Of a DNA stretch of 64,000 bases, positions 48,227 through 58,192 are shown one piece after another. The DNA is taken from positions 2,476 to 66,475 of the forward strand of contig LWTK01000058.1 of NCBI GenBank assembly GCA_003326205.1. The letters run 5' to 3'. A model generated the notes under the pieces. That model was given only the letters and a program-made list of their open reading frames with translations. It ran no database searches and was not told the DNA's origin. Position 1 is the stretch's first letter. Each line of letters starts with the position of its first letter. Origin of the DNA: Nostoc sp. ATCC 43529 (lineage in GTDB: Bacteria > Cyanobacteriota > Cyanobacteriia > Cyanobacteriales > Nostocaceae). Position numbers and translations under genes: made by a program.

Positions 48227-48610
48227 CTAAAAATTTGCGTTAGCTACAGTCTGTGTTTCGTTTGGTGCAGAAGTGGATGTAGATTCTTCCTTACGGGGTG
48301 AACCTAACAATTCAATAGCGTTGATTGTAATTACGGGTTTTTGCCGCATAGTGCCAGAATTTTTATCTGCCCAACGATCAAATCCAAACTCGCCAGTAAT
48401 TGCAATTTGGGTTCCTTTACGAACGTAATTTCCAATCACTTCTGCTTGATTTCCCCAGGCTACTAAATCAAACCAAAGGGCTTGTTCACTTCTGTAGGGT
48501 GGTCTGACTGCAATAGATATTGAAGCCTTAACTGCGCCAGACTCGAAATATTTGAGTTCTGGTTCTTGTCCGCATCTGCCAACCAGCATGACTTTGTTGA
48601 TATAGTTCAT
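48227..48610 (-). CDS. ssb: Single-stranded DNA-binding protein
   Basis: INKVMLVGRCGQEPELKYFESG, WFDLVAWG, YVRKGTQIAITG. Confidence 0.92.
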   Translation of the reverse strand: MNYINKVMLVGRCGQEPELKYFESGAVKASISIAVRPPYRSEQALWFDLVAWGNQAEVIGNYVRKGTQIAITGEFGFDRWADKNSGTMRQKPVITINAIELLGSPRKEESTSTSAPNETQTVANANF

Positions 48611-48847
48611 AACGCGAGAATTTATATATTTCTCTTATTGCTGCGTCAGCATTAGTTCTTTCAGGATTTATTGTTTTGACGAGTTATTTTATTTAAACCA
48701 CATTCTTTTTTATTCATACTTATAAGTTATTTTTTGTCCTTGTTTCTCGTAAAGTTGTGGTTTTTACTAGGGAACGACAAGTTACCCTGTGCTATGGTGG
48801 TATCGCAATTAATGTGGTCTGTATCTAAAAATTATAAGTAATGACTT

Positions 48848-50026
48848 ATGCCTGAATATCTTCTCCTGAAGCGAGTAAGTATTTGTAAGCTGATGCTTTT
48901 GGCTTTGATGTGGATACAGTCGGATGAGGATAGCCAAAACCAGCTGACTTCTGGCTACTCATCTTCTTTGCGGGTAGAAAATCTTACCTGGTTAGGAGAA
49001 ACATCTGTTGGAGAAGATGTAGAGCATTTTTGTGATGTTTCAAATACAACTAGGATAGGCGTTTGGGGAGAAATTCTAGAACTAAAGTTAGTAGATTTAA
49101 TTGCTGATTTACCGACTTGTTTGCACGATGCGTCATGGTTTGCCCTACTGGCAACTACCATGATGCTAGTGGATAAGGAATTAGACCGAGTATGCATGCA
49201 TCCACAAGATGAGTATTTTGCCCGGACTATCGCGCTTGAAATTTTAGCAGATTTGGGTGATTCTTACTTAGCCAAAGGTCATCCTTATTTAGATTTTCCT
49301 CTATCGTTAGAAGACGCTAAATCATTACTGCCAGTTAATAGAAAGCAAGAGCTAAAAATCGAATTAGATAAATTTATTATTGATACTTATGAAGACGATT
49401 TTGAGGATCAATCTCCAGAGATTAGTGAGTTTTCACCTATCTATTTACAAGAGATTTTAAAAGAGTTTTTTACTGAATCTGATTGGCAGGGTGATATCAA
49501 TCAAGAGGCTGTTGCCCAACTGCAACAGAAGTATGGTTCGCAGTATTCAGAAGGTGCGTTTTCTGCTGAAACTGAGGGACACGAACGTTGGGGGAAAACG
49601 CTTGTTTTTCTAAAACAGTTTATAGGCCTGGATTCCAGCTTTATCGAAAGCCAGAGCGATTTATTCCTTGATGATGAATCTCAGGCGGCTGATTTACCTG
49701 ATTACTTCCGTATCAAGTCTCATTTAGAACGTTGGCAAGATAGAACAGTTGTCTTGTCCCGGTTGGTTCATACTTTGGTTTATTTCATGCTGGTAGGGCA
49801 AAATTATCATCCCAGTCATCTGCAAGATTTGATGGCTATTCCAGCTTCTTCACGGGCGATATCCAGCTTACAAGCTTGTTTGGGTGTAGCTGCTTACAGA
49901 AGTGGTTATTACATGGCTGCTTCAAATATTCCTGAATCAGAAGTTGGGCGCAACTGGCTTTTAGAAAAAGCTTTCCCTAGTCTGCGTGATTTTTATCAAA
50001 CAGGTCGGTTAAATGGGAAGCAATAA
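48848..50026 (+). CDS. Acidic helical hypothetical protein
   Basis: 392-aa ORF; no motif recognised. Confidence 0.6.
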   Translation: MPEYLLLKRVSICKLMLLALMWIQSDEDSQNQLTSGYSSSLRVENLTWLGETSVGEDVEHFCDVSNTTRIGVWGEILELKLVDLIADLPTCLHDASWFALLATTMMLVDKELDRVCMHPQDEYFARTIALEILADLGDSYLAKGHPYLDFPLSLEDAKSLLPVNRKQELKIELDKFIIDTYEDDFEDQSPEISEFSPIYLQEILKEFFTESDWQGDINQEAVAQLQQKYGSQYSEGAFSAETEGHERWGKTLVFLKQFIGLDSSFIESQSDLFLDDESQAADLPDYFRIKSHLERWQDRTVVLSRLVHTLVYFMLVGQNYHPSHLQDLMAIPASSRAISSLQACLGVAAYRSGYYMAASNIPESEVGRNWLLEKAFPSLRDFYQTGRLNGKQ

Positions 50027-50037
50027 TTAATATTTTA

Positions 50038-50766
50038 TTGTTGGTTTACAAATACAAATTTATATTTATGAATAAATACTTATTTATAGGATTGTTACTC
50101 TTACTCGTTGGATGTTCATCTCCAGAAAAAGAAGATAAAGTCTCGGCTATAGAATCAAATTCTTCACCTACCCCATCATTATCCTCAGCTAATGTTAATA
50201 ATGCTACGCCATCGCTAAATCCAGAAGTGTTGCCTGATTTATCGAATAAAGAGAAGCTTGGAGAAGTTAATGCAGAGAACGACTTAATTGACTTGTTCTA
50301 TTTTGATGGTAATGGTGTGAAAGTGAGTTTGACTGTAGCAGCTGATAAAGGTTGTTTTGTCTACGTGCGGCCCAGTACTCCAGACCGAGTTGGCGAGGTT
50401 GAAATTGAGTCATTACGGCGCGAGAAACTGGGTCTGTGGCGTTCGTATAATACTCAGCGACTTCTAACTCAACCTGCTGGCAATAAACTAAAGGTTTATT
50501 CATCAAGTGAGGAACTTTCTTCTACTTATGAAAATCCTGCCATATCACAAGAAATGCTTGTAGCAGTGAAGGAATTGAAAGAGCGTGAAAAATCGTTTAA
50601 ATTACTTTTACGTCAGGACTTGAGAGCTAGTGATTCAGCAAGACGAATTTATGTCAATCAGTGTCAGAAATTAGGTAATTTTTATTATAAAGAAGAACTA
50701 CCTCCTCTCACAGACAAGGAGAGGAAGGACTTTGAAAAGAGTGTTGAAAAAAGGACTGAAAATTAA
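50038..50766 (+). CDS. Hypothetical lipoprotein (probable start at MNKYLF)
   Basis: MNKYLFIGLLLLLVG|CSS lipobox followed by a Ser/Pro linker. Confidence 0.65.
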   Translation: MLVYKYKFIFMNKYLFIGLLLLLVGCSSPEKEDKVSAIESNSSPTPSLSSANVNNATPSLNPEVLPDLSNKEKLGEVNAENDLIDLFYFDGNGVKVSLTVAADKGCFVYVRPSTPDRVGEVEIESLRREKLGLWRSYNTQRLLTQPAGNKLKVYSSSEELSSTYENPAISQEMLVAVKELKEREKSFKLLLRQDLRASDSARRIYVNQCQKLGNFYYKEELPPLTDKERKDFEKSVEKRTEN

Positions 50767-51441
50767 TTATGAGAACAGTGATAATTGCTCCATCTGAATA
50801 TTACTTTCAGTTGTAGTTGCTTTAACAGGGTGTTTGTTCTTATTCGACAACCTTTTACCCCAACCTTCTTTCACCGCGTGTTTGACTATACGGGAACGGA
50901 TATCAGCAGCTAGGGTTTCATAATCAGAGCGGATTTTGTCATACTGAATTGGGGTTGTACCAATTTTCTCCCACAGTTTATCGTATTTGAAATTCTCAAA
51001 AGGTCTGTGCCTTACCAGGGCATCATAACTTGCCCAGAGGTAAACATCCGTCCATTCAGATGAAAGCGGCACTTCAAAAGCAATTGGCATCATAAGTGCA
51101 ACAACTTCGCTACTAGAGGCGAGTTTACCTACTTTTCCCTTGTCTATCTCTTCTAGCGCTGCATCTAATCTATCGACTGCGATCGCTTTTCCTACCCAGG
51201 ATGGAATTGACTGTTGCCAGCCGTTTTGCTGAGTTACAATTGGCCCGACGATGTATTGAACAATTTCACGACTTGCTCCTGCTAGATCGAGTAGACTGGC
51301 TGTTACAGCTTTGTTAATCCCTTGGCTGGTTAGTAGCTGAAGCATCTTTCTAGTGCTAGGAGTAAGAATTTCGCTAGCTTTTTGGCTTTTGCTGTTACGG
51401 ATGCTTTCTTCGACATCGAATAAGCTTTGCTGCTGGTTCAT
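50767..51441 (-). CDS. Hypothetical protein with beta-clamp-binding-like motifs at both ends
   Basis: Starts MNQQQSLFD and ends EQLSLFS; lies downstream of holB on the same strand. Confidence 0.7.
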   Translation of the reverse strand: MNQQQSLFDVEESIRNSKSQKASEILTPSTRKMLQLLTSQGINKAVTASLLDLAGASREIVQYIVGPIVTQQNGWQQSIPSWVGKAIAVDRLDAALEEIDKGKVGKLASSSEVVALMMPIAFEVPLSSEWTDVYLWASYDALVRHRPFENFKYDKLWEKIGTTPIQYDKIRSDYETLAADIRSRIVKHAVKEGWGKRLSNKNKHPVKATTTESNIQMEQLSLFS

Positions 51442-51462
51442 ATTCTTTATGTGTAAATAAAT

Positions 51463-51494
51463 ACTGCCAGCTAGAAATAGTTCTAACTGGCAGT
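51463..51494. terminator. Stem-loop between holB and 50767..51441
   Basis: ACTGCCAGCTAGAA-atag-TTCTAACTGGCAGT, 13/14 paired. Confidence 0.5.
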
Positions 51495-51519
51495 GCTTTT
51501 TGATAATGGGTGTGTTTTG

Positions 51520-52368
51520 CTATGGCAGAAGTAGGTTATCCCAAACGCTTCTAGGAGTAACGTGATGCAGCAATTGCTTCCTTGCTTGAGTAAATTTAGC
51601 TAGCAATTGAGTGTTTTTTAATTTCTGCCACCAGTCGTGTTGCAGGTAGGTAAGCAGCCATAATTGTGTCTCATGATTCCAGCTTGAGATGGAGTTACTC
51701 AAACTGAGTGCGTTGAGAATATCGTCAGGAGGCACTTCCAGTTGACTTGTGATTTCTTTTGAGATGGAAGCTAACATTGTGATGTTGGCGATCGCTTGAC
51801 CAGGACTGCCTGAACTCATAGCTAGTATTTTTTCTGTTACCTCGATTTGTTGGTCTTTCAGAACAGAAATAACCTCCTCATCAGTTAACCTTTGGAAAGG
51901 TATGATTTGACACCTACTCTTGATAGTGGGTAATAGCTTTTGAGGATAGGACGAGATCAGGATAAATGTTCCAGTTTTCGGTTCTTCCAGCGTCTTGAGA
52001 AGTTTGTTGGCGGCGGTAGGGTTGAGCATATCTGCTTCGTGGATAATCACCACCTTTTGCTTGGCCTTGACTGCACTAGTTGAAAGAAATTCAATTACCT
52101 CGCGCACCTGTTCTACTCGAATAGCAGGTATACCTTTCTGCTGGGAGGTGTTTTCGGGATGGGTTGGTTTGATTTGTAAGATGTCTAGATGGTTATTTTC
52201 TCCTGCGATCTCAGTGGCGATCGCCAGAGCAGTTTTTCCTTTCCCCACTCCCTCAATTTGACTGCTAAATAGGTATGCAGGAGCAATTTTATTCTGTTCG
52301 ATTGCTTCAGTCAGGAGAAGTTTGGCGGTATGCTGTCCGGTGATTTCTGTAAATGGGTTGTTTTTCAT
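51520..52368 (-). CDS. holB: DNA polymerase III clamp loader delta' subunit
   Basis: IAPAYLF, GVGKGKTA, IRVEQVRE, AANKLLKTLEEP, LLPTIKSRCQ. Confidence 0.88.
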   Translation of the reverse strand: MKNNPFTEITGQHTAKLLLTEAIEQNKIAPAYLFSSQIEGVGKGKTALAIATEIAGENNHLDILQIKPTHPENTSQQKGIPAIRVEQVREVIEFLSTSAVKAKQKVVIIHEADMLNPTAANKLLKTLEEPKTGTFILISSYPQKLLPTIKSRCQIIPFQRLTDEEVISVLKDQQIEVTEKILAMSSGSPGQAIANITMLASISKEITSQLEVPPDDILNALSLSNSISSWNHETQLWLLTYLQHDWWQKLKNTQLLAKFTQARKQLLHHVTPRSVWDNLLLP

Positions 52369-53324
52369 ATCGTAGAAATTTCAGCAATTCGACTGGTTAG
52401 GTTGTCAACTCCGCTTTTGAGTTCGGCTTCGAGTTGTACAAGTAAAGTAAGGCTGTTTTTAAGCTTTTGAACGCCTACAAACTTGACTTCATCTTTGAGG
52501 TAATACAATCTTTTGGGATTTTTCAGTTCTGCTATTTCTACAATCTTAGTATCAGATAATTTAGTTTCTATCCCAGCTTTGGTTATTAACCAAGTGCGGA
52601 AAATAGAGGTAAGTGTTGCTACTATTTTGAGCGGATGTTCATTATTATCTAGTAGTTTAGATACTTGCAATATTGCTAAAATGGGATGGTTTCTTAACAT
52701 AGCAATGGTAAGCTTTATATAGTCAGTATTATGATTCCCAACGAGCTGTTTTACTTCCTCAATAGAGATTATTTTTCCACTTGTATAAACAGCAAGTTTA
52801 GCGAATTCGCTATTGGCTCGTGCAGCGTTATTCCCAATTGCTTCAGCTAGGTAATCAGTGACATCTGGTGTGAGTTTAACTTGATGGATGGCTGCATACT
52901 TTCCTATCAAGTTAACTATCCCCTTTTTATCCCAACTAGGGACGAGGGTAAACTCTTCTTGTTGGGCATATTTTAGGATAGTTTTTACTACTGTTCTGCG
53001 CGAATCTGGCTTTTTGTTACCAGTAATTAGAAGAATATTGCTTGACGGTATTCGGGAAAGTTGATTTTCAAGTTCTTGGTTATTATCTTCATTTGATAAG
53101 CTTCCAATTAGAGAGTCGCTGTCTGTATGAATAATTTTGTTACCTTCTCCAAAGGGCAAAGTCATAACCTCGGTAAAGACTTTGGTAGCAATATTTTTCT
53201 CATTTCCAGATAGCTTAACGTAATTGAAAGCTCTCCATTGTGCATGAACATTTTGATTCACTAAATAATCAATTCTTTGATTGAGTGAGTAGCTATCTTC
53301 GCCGTAGTATAGGTATACAGTCAT
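52365..53324 (-). CDS. holA: DNA polymerase III clamp loader delta subunit
   Basis: VYLYYGEDSY, MTLPFGEG, KKPDSR, SEFAKLAVY, EHPLKIVATL; 4-bp overlap with holB. Confidence 0.85.
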   Translation of the reverse strand: MTVYLYYGEDSYSLNQRIDYLVNQNVHAQWRAFNYVKLSGNEKNIATKVFTEVMTLPFGEGNKIIHTDSDSLIGSLSNEDNNQELENQLSRIPSSNILLITGNKKPDSRRTVVKTILKYAQQEEFTLVPSWDKKGIVNLIGKYAAIHQVKLTPDVTDYLAEAIGNNAARANSEFAKLAVYTSGKIISIEEVKQLVGNHNTDYIKLTIAMLRNHPILAILQVSKLLDNNEHPLKIVATLTSIFRTWLITKAGIETKLSDTKIVEIAELKNPKRLYYLKDEVKFVGVQKLKNSLTLLVQLEAELKSGVDNLTSRIAEISTI

Positions 53325-53468
53325 GATAGATTAGATAAACATTTATTTATCAGGCGTTAGTCGTAAGCGGTGGTTTAAAAAAAGAAGAGTTAGTGTTAAC
53401 TCTTTCTATATCCTTAGTGTTTGTTATATAGCCGCTAGCAAAATATAGCGATCAGCAAATCCTTACAC

Positions 53469-54251
53469 TTAATTTTGTATTGGCTGTACTGACTTATGAT
53501 TTGAGACTTTCTCAACAGTATTTTCTACTGGTTGAGTACCCAAATATTTCCGCCAATAATCCAATTGTTGGAGATACTCTACGACTCCACTAGAACCAGT
53601 TACCTCATATAGCGCAATAGCTGTTTCCCACTCCTTTAAGCTAGCTTTTTTCTTGGAAAGAATTTTGACTATAGCTCCTGGAAGTTTAGTCTCTTTACCA
53701 GTATCTAAATTTAGGTGTGATAACCTTTCTAGTAATAGTTCTTCTTCTGATAAAGGAACACCACCATCTTCGATGTTTATAGTATGAAGTTGGGCACTAA
53801 TTCCTGATAGAGGAAGAGTATGCTGAATTAATTTTTTAACTTTCTTGGTTTTAGTATTCCTCCTTTTTGCTTTAACGATAACTGGGTTGTTTGGGTCTGC
53901 AACTTCGTAACACTGGGGAAGTTCTAGAGAAAGTTGACCTGTTAAGTGCCATGATGCAGTTCGTTTTTCTGGCGGGGTGATCCGGTACGAGAACTCAGCT
54001 GTTTTTCTTGCATCGCCAAATTTCCTTAATTTGACCCGCATCTTGTAGCTGATAATTCCTTGAATGTAGGTTTTTGGGTCTAATATTACTGGGTTTGTAT
54101 TTTCCCACCACTCAATTTCAACAACGCGATCGCCATCTAATTCATAGATATTTCTAACTCTGGCATTAGGATGAGATGCAAGGAATGAGTTCACCCAAGC
54201 CCTTTGTTTTTTATTAAGCCTGGGCTTGCGATATGAGGATTTATTTTTCAT
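53469..54251 (-). CDS. Basic hypothetical protein
   Basis: 260-aa Lys/Arg-rich ORF inside the replication cluster. Confidence 0.6.
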   Translation of the reverse strand: MKNKSSYRKPRLNKKQRAWVNSFLASHPNARVRNIYELDGDRVVEIEWWENTNPVILDPKTYIQGIISYKMRVKLRKFGDARKTAEFSYRITPPEKRTASWHLTGQLSLELPQCYEVADPNNPVIVKAKRRNTKTKKVKKLIQHTLPLSGISAQLHTINIEDGGVPLSEEELLLERLSHLNLDTGKETKLPGAIVKILSKKKASLKEWETAIALYEVTGSSGVVEYLQQLDYWRKYLGTQPVENTVEKVSNHKSVQPIQN

Positions 54252-54523
54252 TAGTTACTTTTCCAATTTAAGAATGACATCTCCATTAATACATCAATAA
54301 ATTAACGAACTTAATCAGTTAATTAATGACTGATACTGTTTTTACTAATTTGACTTTTAGCGATAATTTTTTGTTTGTATGAAGGACTGAAAATAGTTTA
54401 ACGAAAGCCGATTTTCTTGTAGGTATTTGTCATTATTTACCAATTGTTGATAATTCATGAATTTAAAAAAAGACTTGATATTTATTATTTTCATTGGTTA
54501 CGTTAAATATCAAGTTTGTTCAT

Positions 54524-56356
54524 CTAGAAAAGGGATAACTGACGTTTATTACCTTCTAGTATTTCAGGAGCGGCTATTTTGAGGATTTCTTCTCGCCTTT
54601 TTTCGATTAGGTCAAGATAGTATTGACGTGAATAGCTCTCATTTGTGCTGATATTAGTAATACCTCTGATTCCGTAATAGTAAATTACTACATCACCAGG
54701 CTTTCCTAATTTAAGAAGTTCTTTTTCCCCAACACGAATTTTGCGAGTAATGCAGAGTTTTTCTATCGGGTATTTTCCTGATAAAATCTGCGATTTTACT
54801 TCTCTGAAATATTCCTCTGCCGTAGATTGGTTTTGGATTAAGTAGGTTAGATATTCAACAGGGAATTCTTTCTCTAGCCTTGAGCGAGAACGGTTTCTCC
54901 AACTACCTTTGGGGATAATTCTGTTATCTTTCAGCCATAACAGATAGTTCTTAGTTCCCCTTTGCGGAATAAACATTGCATTGGCAATAAACTCTAATTT
55001 GACGGTTATCCCTTTGGGTAATTGAGACTGAAGTGTGGCATATACTTTTTCTGGGTTTGGATGAGTAAAGAACACCCCGTCAGTATCAACTTCTACAGGG
55101 GTTGCACCAGCTTGATTGATTACCTCAATCATGAATTGTAGGATGCGCCGACCGTAAGCTGTTACTAAGGCGGCTGCTTCCATATCGTTGAAGGCGAGTT
55201 CCGATGTTCCGAAGAACCCAAACTGAGAATTAGCTAAAACTTTGGTGGATTCTCTTTTTTCCTTGGCAACAATGTCTCCGGTGCTGGCAATTTGTTCCAA
55301 CCTTGATTTCTCATTTACCAAATATTGCAAGATGCTCAAGCCGATTCGCTTTGTATCCTTACGAGAGACAATTCCTTTCGACAATATGGTTTTGGGGTAC
55401 ATAGAACTGATATCGATGTATCCAACCTTTTTATATAGTCCTGGAATAGAGTAGGCTATTCCCCCTTGGAATTTATACTTACGGTCGGGTTTGGGTTTGT
55501 ATCCTGGATAGTGATGCGAGAATATTTGCTTCCACTTGGTGCCGTTACCAGCGAGGGCTAACTGCTGGAGGTTCATTCCCGGTACAACCAGTGCTTCATA
55601 GTGGTATGAGGGTACAAGTCTGTTAGCTATGAATTGCGTATCTTCCAAGTCGTAAATAAGATAATCCTTGATTTTCTGCCATCTCCTACTACCAGAACCG
55701 GCTTTCCAGCAGGCGAGAATTTCTTCATAGGGGAGAACCAGTCGCGCTTGCTTACGCAATCCCATTTCCAGTACCACCTGTTTAAGCGATCGCCCGTTAG
55801 TAAGTTCCTTGGCGACAAAATCCCACCTGAGAACGCAGATAAAGATATCTACGTGCAGGCAGTTGCGGATGAATACCTCCCGAATTTCCAGTGGTTCGCC
55901 GCGTACTTGGGCAGTTCGGATAGTGCGCTTCTTAGATGCAATTCTAAATGGATGAGGAATGCCGTGTAACTCGCAGCGGGTGATGAGAAACGGTAGGTCA
56001 AATTCTGTTCCATTGTAGGTGTAAATTACTTCTGGTTTGCTTGCTTCTATGTGTTTGAAAAACTCCAGGAGGATTTTGCTTTCGGCTTGATCCATAAAAA
56101 TGGCAATCTCTCCTATCTCCCTCATACAGCCAATTGCATAGATACGATTTTCTCTTGGATTTATCCCTGCCGTCTCAATATCGACTACCAGAGTTTTGAG
56201 CGTTCCGTAGGTCGGAATATTTACTGTGGGGTGCCACTCAGGTATTGGGGTAGTATCTGACCAGAATATGTCGAGTCTTTCCTCATCAACGATAATCTTA
56301 TTACCAGATTTGCTAATAAAATCTCGGTGGTTGTAATTCATAATCTCCAAAATCAA
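54524..56356 (-). CDS. Family-B DNA polymerase with 3'-5' exonuclease and a C-terminal beta-clamp motif
   Basis: Exo I VDIETAG, Exo II YNGTEFDLPFL, Exo III YLIYDLEDT; Pol motifs DISSMYP, KVLANSQFG, VDTDG; ends RQLSLF*. Confidence 0.88.
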   Translation of the reverse strand: MILEIMNYNHRDFISKSGNKIIVDEERLDIFWSDTTPIPEWHPTVNIPTYGTLKTLVVDIETAGINPRENRIYAIGCMREIGEIAIFMDQAESKILLEFFKHIEASKPEVIYTYNGTEFDLPFLITRCELHGIPHPFRIASKKRTIRTAQVRGEPLEIREVFIRNCLHVDIFICVLRWDFVAKELTNGRSLKQVVLEMGLRKQARLVLPYEEILACWKAGSGSRRWQKIKDYLIYDLEDTQFIANRLVPSYHYEALVVPGMNLQQLALAGNGTKWKQIFSHHYPGYKPKPDRKYKFQGGIAYSIPGLYKKVGYIDISSMYPKTILSKGIVSRKDTKRIGLSILQYLVNEKSRLEQIASTGDIVAKEKRESTKVLANSQFGFFGTSELAFNDMEAAALVTAYGRRILQFMIEVINQAGATPVEVDTDGVFFTHPNPEKVYATLQSQLPKGITVKLEFIANAMFIPQRGTKNYLLWLKDNRIIPKGSWRNRSRSRLEKEFPVEYLTYLIQNQSTAEEYFREVKSQILSGKYPIEKLCITRKIRVGEKELLKLGKPGDVVIYYYGIRGITNISTNESYSRQYYLDLIEKRREEILKIAAPEILEGNKRQLSLF

Positions 56357-56376
56357 TTATTGTTTTTTGGCATAAA

Positions 56377-56517
56377 TCAGCATTTTTTACCTTTGATAAT
56401 GCATGATTCGCCAAAACATTTGGAGCATCGCGGTAATTCATCAATATACGTATCGAAATCTGCGATCGCTGCTGGTAATTCAAGTCCTGTACGAAGGCTA
56501 ATTGCTGCAACTGGCAT
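56377..56517 (-). CDS. Possible 46-aa Cys-rich microprotein, not in the ORF track
   Basis: MPVAAISLRTGLELPAAIADFDTYIDELPRCSKCFGESCIIKGKKC*, ending just upstream of polB. Confidence 0.3.
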   Translation of the reverse strand: MPVAAISLRTGLELPAAIADFDTYIDELPRCSKCFGESCIIKGKKC

Positions 56518-56764
56518 AATTTTAATCGGATACTTCTAAAATGCCAGTTGTTAAATTTTGTTGTGGTATTACTTGATATCTTAATTTTTTGCTTCCCAGT
56601 CAGGATAGTCTTTATTAATATTGAGGCTTACTGCACAAGGTAGATATTGCTGTAGATGAAAGTGTATTATATTTAATGTAGTTTTTGAATAAGCCTGAAA
56701 AAATCTTTCCCCAAAGTTTTTATTGGGGAAAGTAAGTGCTTTTACAAAGTGACGAACATTTGAA

Positions 56765-58126
56765 TTAGGCAGTTTGTAATTGAGACTTCATCTGAAGCTC
56801 TTGTACCAGTTGTACCCACGCAGGTGCTTTTTTACCTTTAATGGGAGTAACATTGTTCCAATGCCTTTCGAGTTCAGATTGAGATAAATGTGGGAGTTGT
56901 TCTTTACCCCAATTGATAGCATCTTGGATTGTTTTCCAATTAGTCCAAGGTTGTTTTTCTTCTTTGATATTGGTTAACTCAATGAGTGTCGCTTCCAACC
57001 AAAGTTTAGCTGCCTCCGAGTCACGCATTAACTGTTGTCTTGACATTAACAGGGCAATACTTGCCTGAATCTGGGTTAGTTCCCACATCTGAGAAATAGT
57101 AACGAGTTCCTGCCAAGTGTCTTCCTCCAGTTGAGTAATTTGTCTATTATCAGGAGCAGTTTTAGCCACTAGCAGGTCTTTGAGAAACCCAGTTAAACTT
57201 GAGTATATGACGAATGGGTTTTTGCCATACTCAATTAAGTCTTGGAGGATTTGTAAGTTAGTTGTTACGTCTCCTTTAGCAAGGTTTTCTGTTAGGGTAA
57301 GTAGGTCATGTTCGGGAACGACACCTGATAATTCCCAAACCCAATTTGGTGTGATTTCATCTACTCCCAGGTTGCTCAATTGATCGAGCAATACAAGACA
57401 GTTGCGAATAAAACCTCCACAAGACTTGACGATCGCCCAAATACCAGGTGCGTTAATGTTGATGTTTTCATTCTGGGCAACTTTTGATAAATACTGAACA
57501 AGTGTTTCTAGTCCTACTCTCCTAAAATCAAACTTTTGACAGCGCGAGATGATAGTTTCAGGAACCTTGTGTATTTCAGTTGTGCAGAAGATGAAAACTA
57601 CATGACGGGGTGGATTTTCAATTGTCTTGAGGAGTGCTTGCCACGATTGACTGCTCAGGGCATGACATTCATCAATAATGAAAATTTTGTATCTTCCCTC
57701 AACTGCTGCAAACTGGGTAGTGGAAATTAACTCGCGGATTGTTTCTACCCCGCTATTGCTGGCAGCATCTAACTCAGTTACATCCAGTGAAGAAGAGGCT
57801 GTAATTCCCTTGCATGAATTGCATTCTCCGCAGGGCTTGGTTGTTGGCTCATCGGTTAACTGACAGTTAAGGGATTTAGCCATGATGCGGGCGGTGCTAG
57901 TCTTGCCTGTGCCTTTGGGGCCGTTAAATAGGTAGGCGGGTGCAATCTTCTGGAGTGCGATCGCCGTCCCTTGCGCGTCTCCTTTAGGAGAAGGCGGGCG
58001 TTTAGCGATCGCGGAGTCACTCCCTACTGGGAGTATCGCATTTATGAGAGTGCGGACGATATGTTCTTGCCCGATTACTTCACTAAGGGTCTGGGGACGG
58101 TATTTGAGATGTAGTGGTTGGTACAT
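56765..58126 (-). CDS. dnaX: DNA polymerase III gamma/tau clamp-loader ATPase
   Basis: LKYRPQTL, GPKGTGKTS, the PCGECNSC zinc module, ELDAASN, IIDECH, ETIISRCQ. Confidence 0.92.
   Translation of the reverse strand: MYQPLHLKYRPQTLSEVIGQEHIVRTLINAILPVGSDSAIAKRPPSPKGDAQGTAIALQKIAPAYLFNGPKGTGKTSTARIMAKSLNCQLTDEPTTKPCGECNSCKGITASSSLDVTELDAASNSGVETIRELISTTQFAAVEGRYKIFIIDECHALSSQSWQALLKTIENPPRHVVFIFCTTEIHKVPETIISRCQKFDFRRVGLETLVQYLSKVAQNENININAPGIWAIVKSCGGFIRNCLVLLDQLSNLGVDEITPNWVWELSGVVPEHDLLTLTENLAKGDVTTNLQILQDLIEYGKNPFVIYSSLTGFLKDLLVAKTAPDNRQITQLEEDTWQELVTISQMWELTQIQASIALLMSRQQLMRDSEAAKLWLEATLIELTNIKEEKQPWTNWKTIQDAINWGKEQLPHLSQSELERHWNNVTPIKGKKAPAWVQLVQELQMKSQLQTA
57957..58039. repeat. 75-bp in-frame insertion at a HIP1 site inside dnaX
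   Basis: NAI-[LPVGSDSAIAKRPPSPKGDAQGTAI]-ALQK. Two GCGATCGC copies plus a split ATCGC; internal hairpins ACTCCC..GGGAGT and TCTCCT..AGGAGA. Confidence 0.75.
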
Positions 58127-58192
58127 AATTTCGATGATAAACGAGTGTTTTATTTACTTCCTACCAGTGTGGTTGGTAGGAAGTTTGATTTT

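Noticed and set aside
56313-56539. ORFs 56313..56510 (-) and 56327..56539 (+)
   Set aside because: Both overlap the polB start and have no motif. The 46-aa Cys-rich frame fits the gap better but is itself low confidence.
57957-58039. Possible mini-intein in DnaX
   Set aside because: It is only 25 aa, has no Cys/Ser start or His-Asn end, and is fully explained by HIP1-bounded DNA repeats.
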